A stretch of DNA of 64,000 nt. Origin: PVC group bacterium (GTDB taxonomy: Bacteria > Omnitrophota > Gorgyraeia > B26-G9). Shown in pieces: positions 1 to 10,864 of the stretch. A program made the translations under genes and the position numbers. Under the pieces are notes generated by a model. It searched no databases. It saw only the letters and a list, made by a program, of their open reading frames with translations, and was not told the DNA's origin. How positions within the stretch are numbered: position 1 is the stretch's first letter; every line of letters starts with the position of its first letter. The stretch covers positions 142,755 through 206,754 of the forward strand of contig JAAEQR010000195.1 of the NCBI GenBank assembly GCA_024231215.1, read 5' to 3'.

Positions 1-653
1 TTAGAGTTTTGCAGGGTGAACGCCAGATGGCTAATGACAATGTTGAATTAGGTCAGTTTAATTTAGAAGGCATTCCTCCTGCACCGCGTGGTATTCCGCA
101 GATCGAAGTTGGCTTTGATATTGACGCTAACGGGATTGTGCATGTATCGGCAAAAGATCTTGGGACAGGAAAAGAACAGTCTATAAGAATTACTGCTCCG
201 AAAAAACTATCCAAAGAAGAGATTGAAAAAATGGTTAAAGATGCAGAACAATTTGCCGAAGCTGATGCTAAGAAAAAAGAAGAAGTAGAATCTCGTAATC
301 AGGCAGAACAGCTTGTTTATGCTACAGAAAAATCTCTAAAGGATTATGGGGATAAGGTTAGTGCGGAGGAGAAGGAAGCTATTGAAAAGAAAACAGCTGA
401 ATTAAAAGAAGCGTTAAAAGGAACTGATATTGAGGCGATAAAGAAAACACAGGAAGAACTAGGCAAAGCTTCGCATAAGTTAGCAGAAGCAGTTTATAAA
501 GCTCAGGCGGAACAACAGCAGCAACAGCAACAGGCTGCTGGAGCTGATGCCGGAGCGCAGGCGCAACAGCAGGAACAGTCTCAGGCAGAAGAAGATGCAA
601 AAAAGCCGGAAGATGTAGTTGACGCTGAATACAAGGTAGAAGAAGAAAAATGA
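1..653 (+). CDS. dnaK: Chaperone DnaK, C-terminal part (5' truncated by window edge)
   Basis: [37 protein letters not shown] substrate-binding motif and DVVDAEY tail; frame is open from the window start; directly upstream of dnaJ. Confidence 0.98.
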   Translation, partial: RVLQGERQMANDNVELGQFNLEGIPPAPRGIPQIEVGFDIDANGIVHVSAKDLGTGKEQSIRITAPKKLSKEEIEKMVKDAEQFAEADAKKKEEVESRNQAEQLVYATEKSLKDYGDKVSAEEKEAIEKKTAELKEALKGTDIEAIKKTQEELGKASHKLAEAVYKAQAEQQQQQQQAAGADAGAQAQQQEQSQAEEDAKKPEDVVDAEYKVEEEK

Positions 654-654
654 G

Positions 655-738
655 CAAGCTAATAGCTAATAGTCAATAGCTAATAGTCAATAATCAATAA
701 CCAATAATCAATTAGCCATAAGCCATTAGCTATAGACT
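655..738. repeat. Array of 12 degenerate heptamers; the last 4 are in inverted orientation
   Basis: CAAGCTA ATAGCTA ATAGTCA ATAGCTA ATAGTCA ATAATCA ATAACCA ATAATCA ATTAGCC ATAAGCC ATTAGCT ATAGACT fills the dnaK-dnaJ spacer. Confidence 0.9.
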
Positions 739-745
739 GGAAAAT

Positions 746-1885
746 ATGACGAAAAGAGACTATTACGAAATATTGGGTGTAAGTAAAACTGCATCAGTGG
801 ATGAGATAAAAAAATCATACCGTAAATTGGCGATGAAATATCATCCGGATCGTGTGTCTGAGGATAAACGTAAAGAAGCAGAAGAACAGTTTAAGGAAAT
901 ATCTGAGTCATATGCAATCTTGTCCGATCAGGATAAGCGTTCAAAATACGATCAATTCGGACATGCCGGAATAAACAATCAATACTCATCAGAAGATATT
1001 TTCCGCGGAACTGATTTTGGTTCGATTTTTGAAGACTTTGGCGGTGGCGGTGGTATTTTTGAAGAACTGTTTTCCGGGTTTGGCGGAGGAGGCGGCAGAA
1101 GGCGCCAAGGACCTAGGCGTGGAGCAGATCTTGAATATCCGCTGAATATAACATTTGAAGAAGCAGCTGTAGGTATAGAGAAGAAGTTTTCCATAAGGCG
1201 CAAAGAAACCTGTAATACATGCAACGGCGAAGGTGCTCAGCCTGGTACAAAGAAAGCTACATGTCTTGTTTGTCAGGGCAGCGGCCAGGTTTCGCAGTCT
1301 GCGGGATTTTTTAGTATTGCCCGCACTTGTGAAAGATGCCGTGGAGAAGGACAGATAATTGAAACGCCATGTAAGACTTGTAGAGGCGGTGGAACTGTTC
1401 CGGTAGATAGAAAAATACAAGTAAAGATTCCTGCAGGTGTAGATAGTGGAGCGCACTTGCGTGTGCGGGGAGAAGGTGAACCTGGCGCAAAAGGCGGACC
1501 TCGCGGAGATCTCTATGTAACTATTCGATTGAAAAAACATGATCTTTTTGAGCGGCATAATAGTGATGTATATTGCAAAGTTCCGGTTAGTTTTGTAAAA
1601 GCAGCTTTAGGCAGTGAAATTGAAGTTCCGACAATATATAAAGAAAAAATAAAGATGAAAGTTCCAGCTGGGACCCAAAGTGGCAAGATGTTTCGTTTGA
1701 GTGGTAAGGGGTTTCCTGATTTGCGCGGATATAATAAAGGAGATGCTTATGTAGTGGTTAATATCTCTGTGCCGACAAAGATCAATGCTCAACAAAAGAA
1801 ATTACTGCTTGAATTCGCCAAGCTAAGCGGAGAAGACGTAACCCAGGGATCATTTACAGAAAAAATTAAGAAGGCTTTTAAGTGA
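746..1885 (+). CDS. dnaJ: Chaperone DnaJ
   Basis: J-domain with HPD, G/F-rich region, four CxxCxGxG zinc-finger repeats. Confidence 0.98.
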   Translation: MTKRDYYEILGVSKTASVDEIKKSYRKLAMKYHPDRVSEDKRKEAEEQFKEISESYAILSDQDKRSKYDQFGHAGINNQYSSEDIFRGTDFGSIFEDFGGGGGIFEELFSGFGGGGGRRRQGPRRGADLEYPLNITFEEAAVGIEKKFSIRRKETCNTCNGEGAQPGTKKATCLVCQGSGQVSQSAGFFSIARTCERCRGEGQIIETPCKTCRGGGTVPVDRKIQVKIPAGVDSGAHLRVRGEGEPGAKGGPRGDLYVTIRLKKHDLFERHNSDVYCKVPVSFVKAALGSEIEVPTIYKEKIKMKVPAGTQSGKMFRLSGKGFPDLRGYNKGDAYVVVNISVPTKINAQQKKLLLEFAKLSGEDVTQGSFTEKIKKAFK

Positions 1886-1887
1886 AG

Positions 1888-1925
1888 ATACAACTTAGGG
1901 GAGTTTTTACGAAAGTAAGTTGTAT
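1888..1925 (+). terminator. Hairpin after dnaJ (possible terminator or processing stem)
   Basis: Perfect 10-bp inverted repeat ATACAACTTA...TAAGTTGTAT with an 18-nt loop; no clear U-tract. Confidence 0.35.
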
Positions 1926-1956
1926 ATTACTATGTGTTAACAAAAACAGAGTCTTT

Positions 1957-2089
1957 GACATCACAAAAACACGTCTTTGCGCTAAGTCCGCAGCGGCATC
2001 GTGCCTTGCGGCCGCGCGTCTCGCCTATTTTTACATCCGTGTAAAAATTACGGCTCAAAGCGCCGCTTAAAGAGAATTTTTGTGCTATC
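1957..2089. repeat. Structured dispersed repeat (MITE/REP-like or ncRNA), copy 1
   Basis: GC-rich island with imperfect terminal inverted repeats and internal hairpins; clearly homologous to 54379-54551. Confidence 0.8.
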
Positions 2090-2163
2090 TATTATTAAGT
2101 TTACTTTGTTAGAATAGTTATGGTTTATCTTTGATTTTTAAATGTATTAACCGGAGGTTAATT

Positions 2164-2490
2164 TTGCCAACATATGATTATGATTGTGATAAATGCGGAG
2201 TGTTTGAAGTTTTTCAGATGATGTCAGCTGAAAAATTCACAGAGTGTCCTCAATGCGGCTCTAAGAAAATTAAGCGTTTGATTGGAGCAGGTATGGGTAT
2301 TATTTTCAAAGGTACCGGATTTTACGAGACAGACTATAAACGCAAGGAAAACAAATCAAAAACTAAAGATATTGCTAATACAAATAAATCCGAAGCAAAA
2401 ACTGAATCAAAGCCTGAGGCTAAATCTAAAGGCGAAACTGATTCTAAACCCAAACCAGCTGAATCAAAAAAACAAAATGATAAAAAATAA
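2164..2490 (+). CDS. FmdB-family zinc-ribbon protein with low-complexity K/E/S tail
   Basis: PTYDYDCDKCG...CPQCGS...FKGTGFYETDY; TTG start at 2164 preceded by a GGAGG SD. Confidence 0.9.
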   Translation: MPTYDYDCDKCGVFEVFQMMSAEKFTECPQCGSKKIKRLIGAGMGIIFKGTGFYETDYKRKENKSKTKDIANTNKSEAKTESKPEAKSKGETDSKPKPAESKKQNDKK

Positions 2491-2836
2491 ATTTGTTTAT
2501 TATTGGATGCCGGTAATTATCTGGGCGGTACTTATTTTTATTGTCTCATCAATTTCGACTTTCCCTGAGTCGATCCAACCGGTCATCTCATTTGATAAAT
2601 TCTGGCATACTGTAGAATATGGAATATTAGCTTTTTTCCTGGCGCGGGCCTTTAAAAATTCCTCCCGGGAAGATTTTAAGCGTAATTTCCGGCTACTTGC
2701 CATTATTTTTACCGTATTTTACGCTATTTCCGATGAATTCCACCAATCTTTTGTTCCTATGCGCACAGCCAGCATTATTGATGTATTGTTTGACAGCCTC
2801 GGTGCGGTATTGGGACACCTTATTGTGCGTAAATAG
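2477..2836 (+). CDS. VanZ-family membrane protein
   Basis: DKFWHTVEY and SDEFHQSFVPMRTASIIDVLFD motifs; hydrophobic; likely start at ATG 2477. Confidence 0.9.
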   Translation: MIKNKFVYYWMPVIIWAVLIFIVSSISTFPESIQPVISFDKFWHTVEYGILAFFLARAFKNSSREDFKRNFRLLAIIFTVFYAISDEFHQSFVPMRTASIIDVLFDSLGAVLGHLIVRK

Positions 2837-2915
2837 GGGGTTTCCATTTCCCCCTTAATCTGATACAATAAAAAGTTATTACAAATCATTAATAACTACT
2901 GACAGGAGATTCAAA

Positions 2916-4178
2916 ATGGCTAATATTTCTCCGTTTCGCGGATTACGTTACAACACAAAAAAAATAAAGAATATCAATAAAGTATTTGCACCGCCGTATG
3001 ATGTAATTTCTGAGGCAGAACGAGACAAGCTTTATAAACAGCATTCCAATAATGTGATTAAACTTATTCTCGGTAAGCAGTCTAAAAAAGACACGGTGAA
3101 GAATAATCGTTATACCCGGGCTAAAGCTGATTTTTTCCAGTGGATAGACGATGAAATTATGATTTTCGACGAAAAACCAAGCATTTATGTCTATACACAG
3201 GACTATACCTTTGAAGGTGTAAAGAAAAAAAGAATTGGGTTTGTCTCGTGTTTACGTTTTGACGATAAAGATGAAGGGTGCTTGCCGCATGAGCAGACAT
3301 TAGCTAAGCCAAAAAAAGACAGAATTCAACTGATGCAGTCTGTAGAGGCAAACTTAAGCCCGATATTTTCTTTTTATATTGATAATAAAAATGCGATTGA
3401 TACGGTTTTAAAACCTTATACTAGAAAGAAAGCCCTTATTGACTATACAGATAAAGATAATATTAGACATAAATTCTGGAAAGTAGATGATGTCAAGACG
3501 ATCAGCAAAGTAAAGACTTTAATGAAGGGCAAGCGAGTGTTTATTGCTGACGGTCATCATCGGTATGAAGTATCCCGTTCTTACTATGAGCAAATGCGCA
3601 AAAAATCAAAAGCAGGCAATCATAATCAGGTAATGGTTTACTTTACAGGGTTTAATGAAGAAAATTTGAGTGTTATGCCTACTCATAGGCTGGTAAAAGG
3701 AGTGAAAAACCTTGATGCAAGGATGAAGGATATTGAAAAATACTTTACTAAAACCCCTTGCAAGAACTTAAATGACATGCTTGCCAAGCAAGCAAAGGAG
3801 AAGGGTTTTACATTGGGCATGTGTTTTAAGGGTAAGTTTAATGTATTGACGATGAAAGATAATGTCTTACTTAACCGCTTAATGCGCAAGTCTCCCTCTC
3901 AGTGGAAAAAGCTTGATGTAGCAATGTTAAATAAAGTAGTGTTTGAACATATTTTTAAACTAAACGCTTCTCAAAAAGAAGAGAAGATCAGCTATACTCG
4001 TGATGCTCAGTTTGCGGCAACCGCGGTTAAAAAGAAACTGGCTGATGTGGCCTTTTTCCCTAATCCAACCAAGGCAGACCAGGTGAAAAAGATAGCTTTG
4101 GCTAAATACCGCATGCCTCAAAAATCCACATATTTTTATCCTAAGCCTATAACGGGACTAGTGATACATAAGTTCTAA
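2916..4178 (+). CDS. DUF1015 family protein
   Basis: PFRGLRY, APPYDVIS, PHEQT, IADGHHRYE and MPQKSTYFYPK motifs; AGGAG SD. Confidence 0.9.
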   Translation: MANISPFRGLRYNTKKIKNINKVFAPPYDVISEAERDKLYKQHSNNVIKLILGKQSKKDTVKNNRYTRAKADFFQWIDDEIMIFDEKPSIYVYTQDYTFEGVKKKRIGFVSCLRFDDKDEGCLPHEQTLAKPKKDRIQLMQSVEANLSPIFSFYIDNKNAIDTVLKPYTRKKALIDYTDKDNIRHKFWKVDDVKTISKVKTLMKGKRVFIADGHHRYEVSRSYYEQMRKKSKAGNHNQVMVYFTGFNEENLSVMPTHRLVKGVKNLDARMKDIEKYFTKTPCKNLNDMLAKQAKEKGFTLGMCFKGKFNVLTMKDNVLLNRLMRKSPSQWKKLDVAMLNKVVFEHIFKLNASQKEEKISYTRDAQFAATAVKKKLADVAFFPNPTKADQVKKIALAKYRMPQKSTYFYPKPITGLVIHKF

Positions 4179-4314
4179 TTTGATGGCATGGTAAGTTTTT
4201 GAACACCAGATCAAGTCAAAACCATTGTTTTCAAGGGCCAGAACGATGGATACAATATTATATAATACTATATCCGCCACCCGGTTTTTCAAGAAATTAG
4301 TAGTATTTAATATA

Positions 4315-4342
4315 TTGACATAATTTTTATTACTAGTATAAT
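4315..4342 (+). promoter_or_regulatory. sigma70 promoter of the polysaccharide locus (probably leaderless)
   Basis: TTGACA-16 nt-TATAAT, 8 nt before ATG 4351; no SD. Confidence 0.75.
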
Positions 4343-4344
4343 AT

Positions 4345-4361
4345 TGTTCAATGAGTGAACA
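4345..4361. promoter_or_regulatory. Candidate MarR operator
   Basis: Perfect inverted repeat TGTTCA-N5-TGAACA over the predicted TSS and start codon. Confidence 0.6.
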
Positions 4362-4713
4362 TAAATTGAATGAAGATACTTTAAAGATCATAAAAGAAAT
4401 AGAGTCTTGCTCAACTCTCAACCAACGTTTTCTGTCTACGAAACTTGGCATATCATTAGGTAAAACCAATTACCTATTAAAAGAACTTATCAAAAAGGGT
4501 TTAGTCAAAATCCATAATTTTTCTCATGGTAAAAATAAAATCATCAAAGTAGGATATAGTCTTACTCCAAAAGGAATAGAAGAAAGACTGCGTCTTACAT
4601 ATCACTTTCTAAAGAGAAAAGAATTAGAGTATGACCAGCTTAAAAAAGAATGGGAAGATATGACTAAAGGGGTTCAAATTTATCAGGAAAATAAAGAAGC
4701 TGTAGAGTTGTGA
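4351..4713 (+). CDS. EPS-associated MarR-family transcriptional regulator
   Basis: NQRFLSTKLGISLGKTNYLLKELIKKGLVK wHTH and YSLTPKGIEER...FLKRKELEY; heads the polysaccharide locus. Confidence 0.9.
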   Translation: MSEHKLNEDTLKIIKEIESCSTLNQRFLSTKLGISLGKTNYLLKELIKKGLVKIHNFSHGKNKIIKVGYSLTPKGIEERLRLTYHFLKRKELEYDQLKKEWEDMTKGVQIYQENKEAVEL

Positions 4714-4734
4714 TGGTTAAGGGGGAGCTAAAAA

Positions 4735-5376
4735 ATGGAAAAACAGAACATAATCTTAGTTGGCGGCGGCGGACATTGCCGGGCTTGTATTGATGTTATT
4801 GAGGCGCAATTCAGATACAGAATTGTTGGGATAGTTGATGCCAAAGAAATGATGCATAAGAAGGTTTTAGGGTATGAAATCATTGGTTGCGAGCAGGATT
4901 TGCCGAAATTACTTGATGGTTGTGACAATTTTTTTATCACAGTCGGGCAGATTAAAACTGCCGATGTAAGGATAGAGAAGTTTGAATATTTGAAAAAATT
5001 AGGAGCGAAATTCCCGGTAATAATATCCCCTTCTGCCTATGTAGCTGATTCTGCTCGGATTAGTGAGGGGACAATAGTAATGCATGGTGCGGTTGTAAAT
5101 GCGCAGGCAGTGGTTGGGAAAAATTCCATTAGTAATACTGGAGCGATAATAGAACATGATGCAAGTATCGGTGATTATTGTCACATAGCAACCGGAGCAG
5201 TTGTGAATGGAGAATGTGTTATCGGAGAACGAGTGTTTATTGGGAGTAATAGTGTTATTTCAAATGGCGTTAATGTTGAGAGTAATGTTGTGATTGGTGC
5301 AGGTTCCACAGTTATTAAAAGCATTCTTGAGTCGGGAACATATGTGGGCAATCCAGCTAGAAAAGTGAATGGTTAA
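4735..5376 (+). CDS. NeuD/PglD-family sugar acetyltransferase
   Basis: GGGGH N-terminus, NTGAIIEHD, hexapeptide repeats, VGNPAR. Confidence 0.92.
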   Translation: MEKQNIILVGGGGHCRACIDVIEAQFRYRIVGIVDAKEMMHKKVLGYEIIGCEQDLPKLLDGCDNFFITVGQIKTADVRIEKFEYLKKLGAKFPVIISPSAYVADSARISEGTIVMHGAVVNAQAVVGKNSISNTGAIIEHDASIGDYCHIATGAVVNGECVIGERVFIGSNSVISNGVNVESNVVIGAGSTVIKSILESGTYVGNPARKVNG

Positions 5377-5390
5377 TACTAAAGGAGTAA

Positions 5391-7504
<2,114 letters not shown>

Positions 7505-7557
7505 GCAAGAGAATCTTAATAATATAAAAGTGTATGTTTTATGCAGGAGGAGTTGTT

Positions 7558-8598
7558 ATGCAGAAAAATATTTTGGGTCCAGTAGATCAGTTTTATTTAA
7601 TTGGAGGAGGAAGGCTTCTTTTTGAATTATCTGTTTGGCTAAAGTCCCAAGGAATTAAGGGGAGCATTATTGCTGCTGAGCGTCATGCGAAAGAAGAAGT
7701 TCTTGAGGATGATAGGACCTTAGAGCAATTAGCGAAAGAAGCACAGATAGAGATACATATAATAGAAGATATAAATAATATTCCCGATAATTCTAAAAGG
7801 ATCAATTTTACGGATACAAGCTTTGCTCTTTCTCTAGGCGCTGCGTGGATATTTAAAGAGCAGACAATAGAGAAACTTTTTAAAAACAGGTTGTTTAATT
7901 TGCATGGGTCAAGGCTGCCTCAATATCGTGGTGGTGGGGGCTTTTCTTGGCAGATATTACGAGGCAATCGCTTGGGGTTTTGTCTGATCCATTTTATAGA
8001 TGGGGGTGTAGATACAGGCAATATTTTAAAATATGAGGAGTTCTTATATCCTGCAGATTGTAGGATACCTTTAGATTACGAAGAGTGTTATAGAAAAAAC
8101 AATCTAGAATTTATGCAGAAGCTATTTAAAAAATTAGTGAAAGGGTCCATAACATTTCAACCAGTAGCACAACAGGAATATTTTTCTGCTTATTGGCCTA
8201 GATTGCATTCGCCGACACATTCCTGGATTGACTGGTCAATGCCTTTAAATGAGTTAGATAGATTTATTTGTGCTTTTGATGATCCCTATTGTGGAGCGCA
8301 AACTACTAGTGACGGGTCTTTGGTTTACTTAAAAAAGACTATGACAGATAATAATGATGGTAATTTTCATCCATTTCAATATGGTTTAGTTTACCGAAAT
8401 AATGGGAAATGGCTTTCTGTTGCTGCAAATGGTGGGACTATTATTATCCAAAGTGTTACCGGCAAGGATGGACAGGATTTGATTAGATCGATTAAGTCGG
8501 GTGACAGATTTTTTACTCCTGTCGAAAAACTTGAAGAAGCTTGTAGTCAACGTATCTTTTATACCCCTAGGGGATTATGCGAAGGAAGGAAGCCTTAG
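7558..8598 (+). CDS. Sugar N-formyltransferase (FMT fold)
   Basis: FNLHGSRLPQYRGGG and IDGGVDTGNIL motifs plus FMT C-terminal domain; GGAGG SD before 7558. Confidence 0.8.
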   Translation: MQKNILGPVDQFYLIGGGRLLFELSVWLKSQGIKGSIIAAERHAKEEVLEDDRTLEQLAKEAQIEIHIIEDINNIPDNSKRINFTDTSFALSLGAAWIFKEQTIEKLFKNRLFNLHGSRLPQYRGGGGFSWQILRGNRLGFCLIHFIDGGVDTGNILKYEEFLYPADCRIPLDYEECYRKNNLEFMQKLFKKLVKGSITFQPVAQQEYFSAYWPRLHSPTHSWIDWSMPLNELDRFICAFDDPYCGAQTTSDGSLVYLKKTMTDNNDGNFHPFQYGLVYRNNGKWLSVAANGGTIIIQSVTGKDGQDLIRSIKSGDRFFTPVEKLEEACSQRIFYTPRGLCEGRKP

Positions 8599-8623
8599 AG
8601 GCGTTCACAAGACGGAGGATATA

Positions 8624-9940
8624 ATGAATAATACTAAAAATCTTAATATGCAGGAGCGTGCAAAAAAACGTATGCCTGGGATGACGCAGCTTCTTTCTAA
8701 AAGGCCGGATCAGTTTTCTTTGGGTGTTTGGCCGGGATATTATAGTAAAGCAAAAGGTGCAGAGGTATGGGATCTGGATGGGAATAAATATTTGGATATG
8801 AGTATTGGTGGTATTGGAGCTAATATTCTTGGTTTTGCTGATGATGATGTTAACGCGGCGGTTTATAAGGCAATTAAAAATGGATCAAGTTCCTCTCTTA
8901 ATTCTCCGGAAGAAGTAGAGCTTTCTGAATTGCTTTGCGAGATTCATCCCTGGGCGGATAAGGTCAGATATGCGCGTACCGGGGGAGAGGCAATGGCTGT
9001 TGCAGTCAGAATTGCCAGGGCGTCTACTGGCCGGGATAAAGTCGCCTTTTGTGGTTACCATGGCTGGCATGATTGGTATCTTTCGGCTAATTTAGGCACT
9101 GAGAATGCATTAGGGGAACATCTTCTCTCTGGATTGGATCCTTTGGGAGTACCAAAAGGTCTTACTGGGACGTCTTTTCCGTTTACTTATAATAAAATAG
9201 AAGAGCTTAGGGATATTGTTGCCAAGCATGGCAATGAAATAGCGGCAATAGTTATGGAACCGATACGAGATGATGCGCCTGATGCTGATTTTGTTGACGA
9301 AGTACGGGCTATTGCCGATAAAATAAAAACGGTTTTGGTCATTGATGAAATTTCTGCCGGATTTCGTTTAAATACCGGAGGCTCACACCTGCTTTATAAT
9401 ATAAAACCGGATATAGCGGTTTTTTCAAAAGCCTTGGGTAATGGCTTTCCTGTAGCGGCTATTATCGGAAAAGAAAAAGTTATGGATGCTGCGCAAAAAA
9501 CATTTATAAGCAGCACAATGTGGACAGAGTGTATTGGACCAACAGCTGCATTGGCAACAATTAAAAAACATAAAGCATGTAATGTGGCTGAGCATCTTAT
9601 TTCTATTGGAAGTAGTGTTCAGGAAGGATGGAAAACACTTTCTAAAAAACATGGCCTAAAAATTCATGTAGGAGGAATTGCTCCTATTAGTCATTTTTCT
9701 TTTGAATATAATAATGCCATGGTTTTAAAAGCATTTTTTGTTCAGTTGATGCTAGAGAGAGGATTTTTGGCTTCTACTTTATTTTATTCTATGTATGCGC
9801 ATCAAACGGCGCATGTTAACAGTTATCTACAGTCAGTTGATGAGGTATTCGCTATTATTGCAAATGCAAATCAAAAAGGAGAAGTAGAGACTAAATTAAA
9901 AGGCAAACCAGCAACTGCCGGTTTTAAGCGGATTACATAG
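8624..9940 (+). CDS. Class-III PLP aminotransferase (GSA-aminomutase-like)
   Basis: WDLDGNKYLD, TGGEAMAVAVRIAR, GYHGWHDW, DEISAGFR, FSKALGNG; GGAGG SD before 8624. Confidence 0.9.
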   Translation: MNNTKNLNMQERAKKRMPGMTQLLSKRPDQFSLGVWPGYYSKAKGAEVWDLDGNKYLDMSIGGIGANILGFADDDVNAAVYKAIKNGSSSSLNSPEEVELSELLCEIHPWADKVRYARTGGEAMAVAVRIARASTGRDKVAFCGYHGWHDWYLSANLGTENALGEHLLSGLDPLGVPKGLTGTSFPFTYNKIEELRDIVAKHGNEIAAIVMEPIRDDAPDADFVDEVRAIADKIKTVLVIDEISAGFRLNTGGSHLLYNIKPDIAVFSKALGNGFPVAAIIGKEKVMDAAQKTFISSTMWTECIGPTAALATIKKHKACNVAEHLISIGSSVQEGWKTLSKKHGLKIHVGGIAPISHFSFEYNNAMVLKAFFVQLMLERGFLASTLFYSMYAHQTAHVNSYLQSVDEVFAIIANANQKGEVETKLKGKPATAGFKRIT

Positions 9941-9958
9941 AGTGAAGGGTTTTATTAT

Positions 9959-10864
9959 ATGAACGAATCTTCTTGTTCGATAGTTTTAGGTACCGTACAG
10001 CTTGGTTTTTCTTATGGGATAGCTAATAAAACAGGCCAGCCGGATCAGGAAACAGTCAATAACATTGTGCGTATAGCCTGGAAACAGGGTATAAGAGAGT
10101 TTGATACGGCTCAGGATTATGGAGTAAGCGAGCAGGTTCTTGGGATTGCTTTTGAAAAACTGGGTATATCATCGCAGGCAAGGGTTATCAGTAAGATAGA
10201 TCCTGAAATAGATCATTGTGATCGGGAAGTGATGGTTAAAGCAGTTGAAACATCTTTGACAAAAATGTGTATACCAAATCTTTTTGGCTTAATGCTACAC
10301 AAAGAAGAATTGTTGGAACAATGGTCAAAAGGATTAAAAGATATATTTCTTGGATTTAGAACTTCAGGAAAAGTTAAAAAACTGGGGGTGTCTGTGTATT
10401 CACCGGATAAAGCGGAAGAGGCTTTGAATCTAGAAGGGATTGATCTCGTACAGATTCCCTCCAATATCCTGGATAGAAGATTTGAAAGAAAAAATATTTT
10501 TGAGCTCGCTAATACGAAAAAAAAACAGATTTATATAAGAAGTGTTTTTTTACAGGGTCTTATCCTTATGGGAGAGGGAGAAATCCCTGACTATATGCTT
10601 TTCGCAAAACCAATTATTGATAAGATAAAGCAGCTTTCTTTAAAGTTGAATATGTCTAAACAGGAGCTGGCTTTATTATATTTAAAACAAAAAGCTCCTG
10701 ATGCAAAACTGGTTATCGGATCAGAAACAAGTCAACAGGTCATGAAAAATGTTGATTGCTGGAGGAAAGATGCTTCGAAGGAGCTGGTTTCATCTGTATC
10801 AGAGACCTTTGACCAGGTGGATGAAAAGATTCTTAATCCGTCGTTATGGAGAAGTAAATCATGA
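9959..10864 (+). CDS. Aldo/keto reductase
   Basis: LGTVQLG, FDTAQDYG, ISK, MLH, LGVSVYSP, RSVFLQG. Confidence 0.9.
   Translation: MNESSCSIVLGTVQLGFSYGIANKTGQPDQETVNNIVRIAWKQGIREFDTAQDYGVSEQVLGIAFEKLGISSQARVISKIDPEIDHCDREVMVKAVETSLTKMCIPNLFGLMLHKEELLEQWSKGLKDIFLGFRTSGKVKKLGVSVYSPDKAEEALNLEGIDLVQIPSNILDRRFERKNIFELANTKKKQIYIRSVFLQGLILMGEGEIPDYMLFAKPIIDKIKQLSLKLNMSKQELALLYLKQKAPDAKLVIGSETSQQVMKNVDCWRKDASKELVSSVSETFDQVDEKILNPSLWRSKS

Noticed and set aside
655-738. Possible CRISPR array
   Set aside because: Period-7 degenerate units without unique spacers, and no cas genes
1882-2070. 62-aa ORF after dnaJ
   Set aside because: Runs through a hairpin and the structured repeat; no recognisable protein features
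2477-2836. Glycopeptide resistance (vanZ)
   Set aside because: Widespread VanZ-like membrane family; no other van genes present
4248-4275. Chromosomal dif site
   Set aside because: 28-bp length fits, but neither arm matches the XerC or XerD consensus
8624-9940. hemL (tetrapyrrole biosynthesis)
   Set aside because: Same fold, but embedded in the nonulosonate operon with no hem genes nearby
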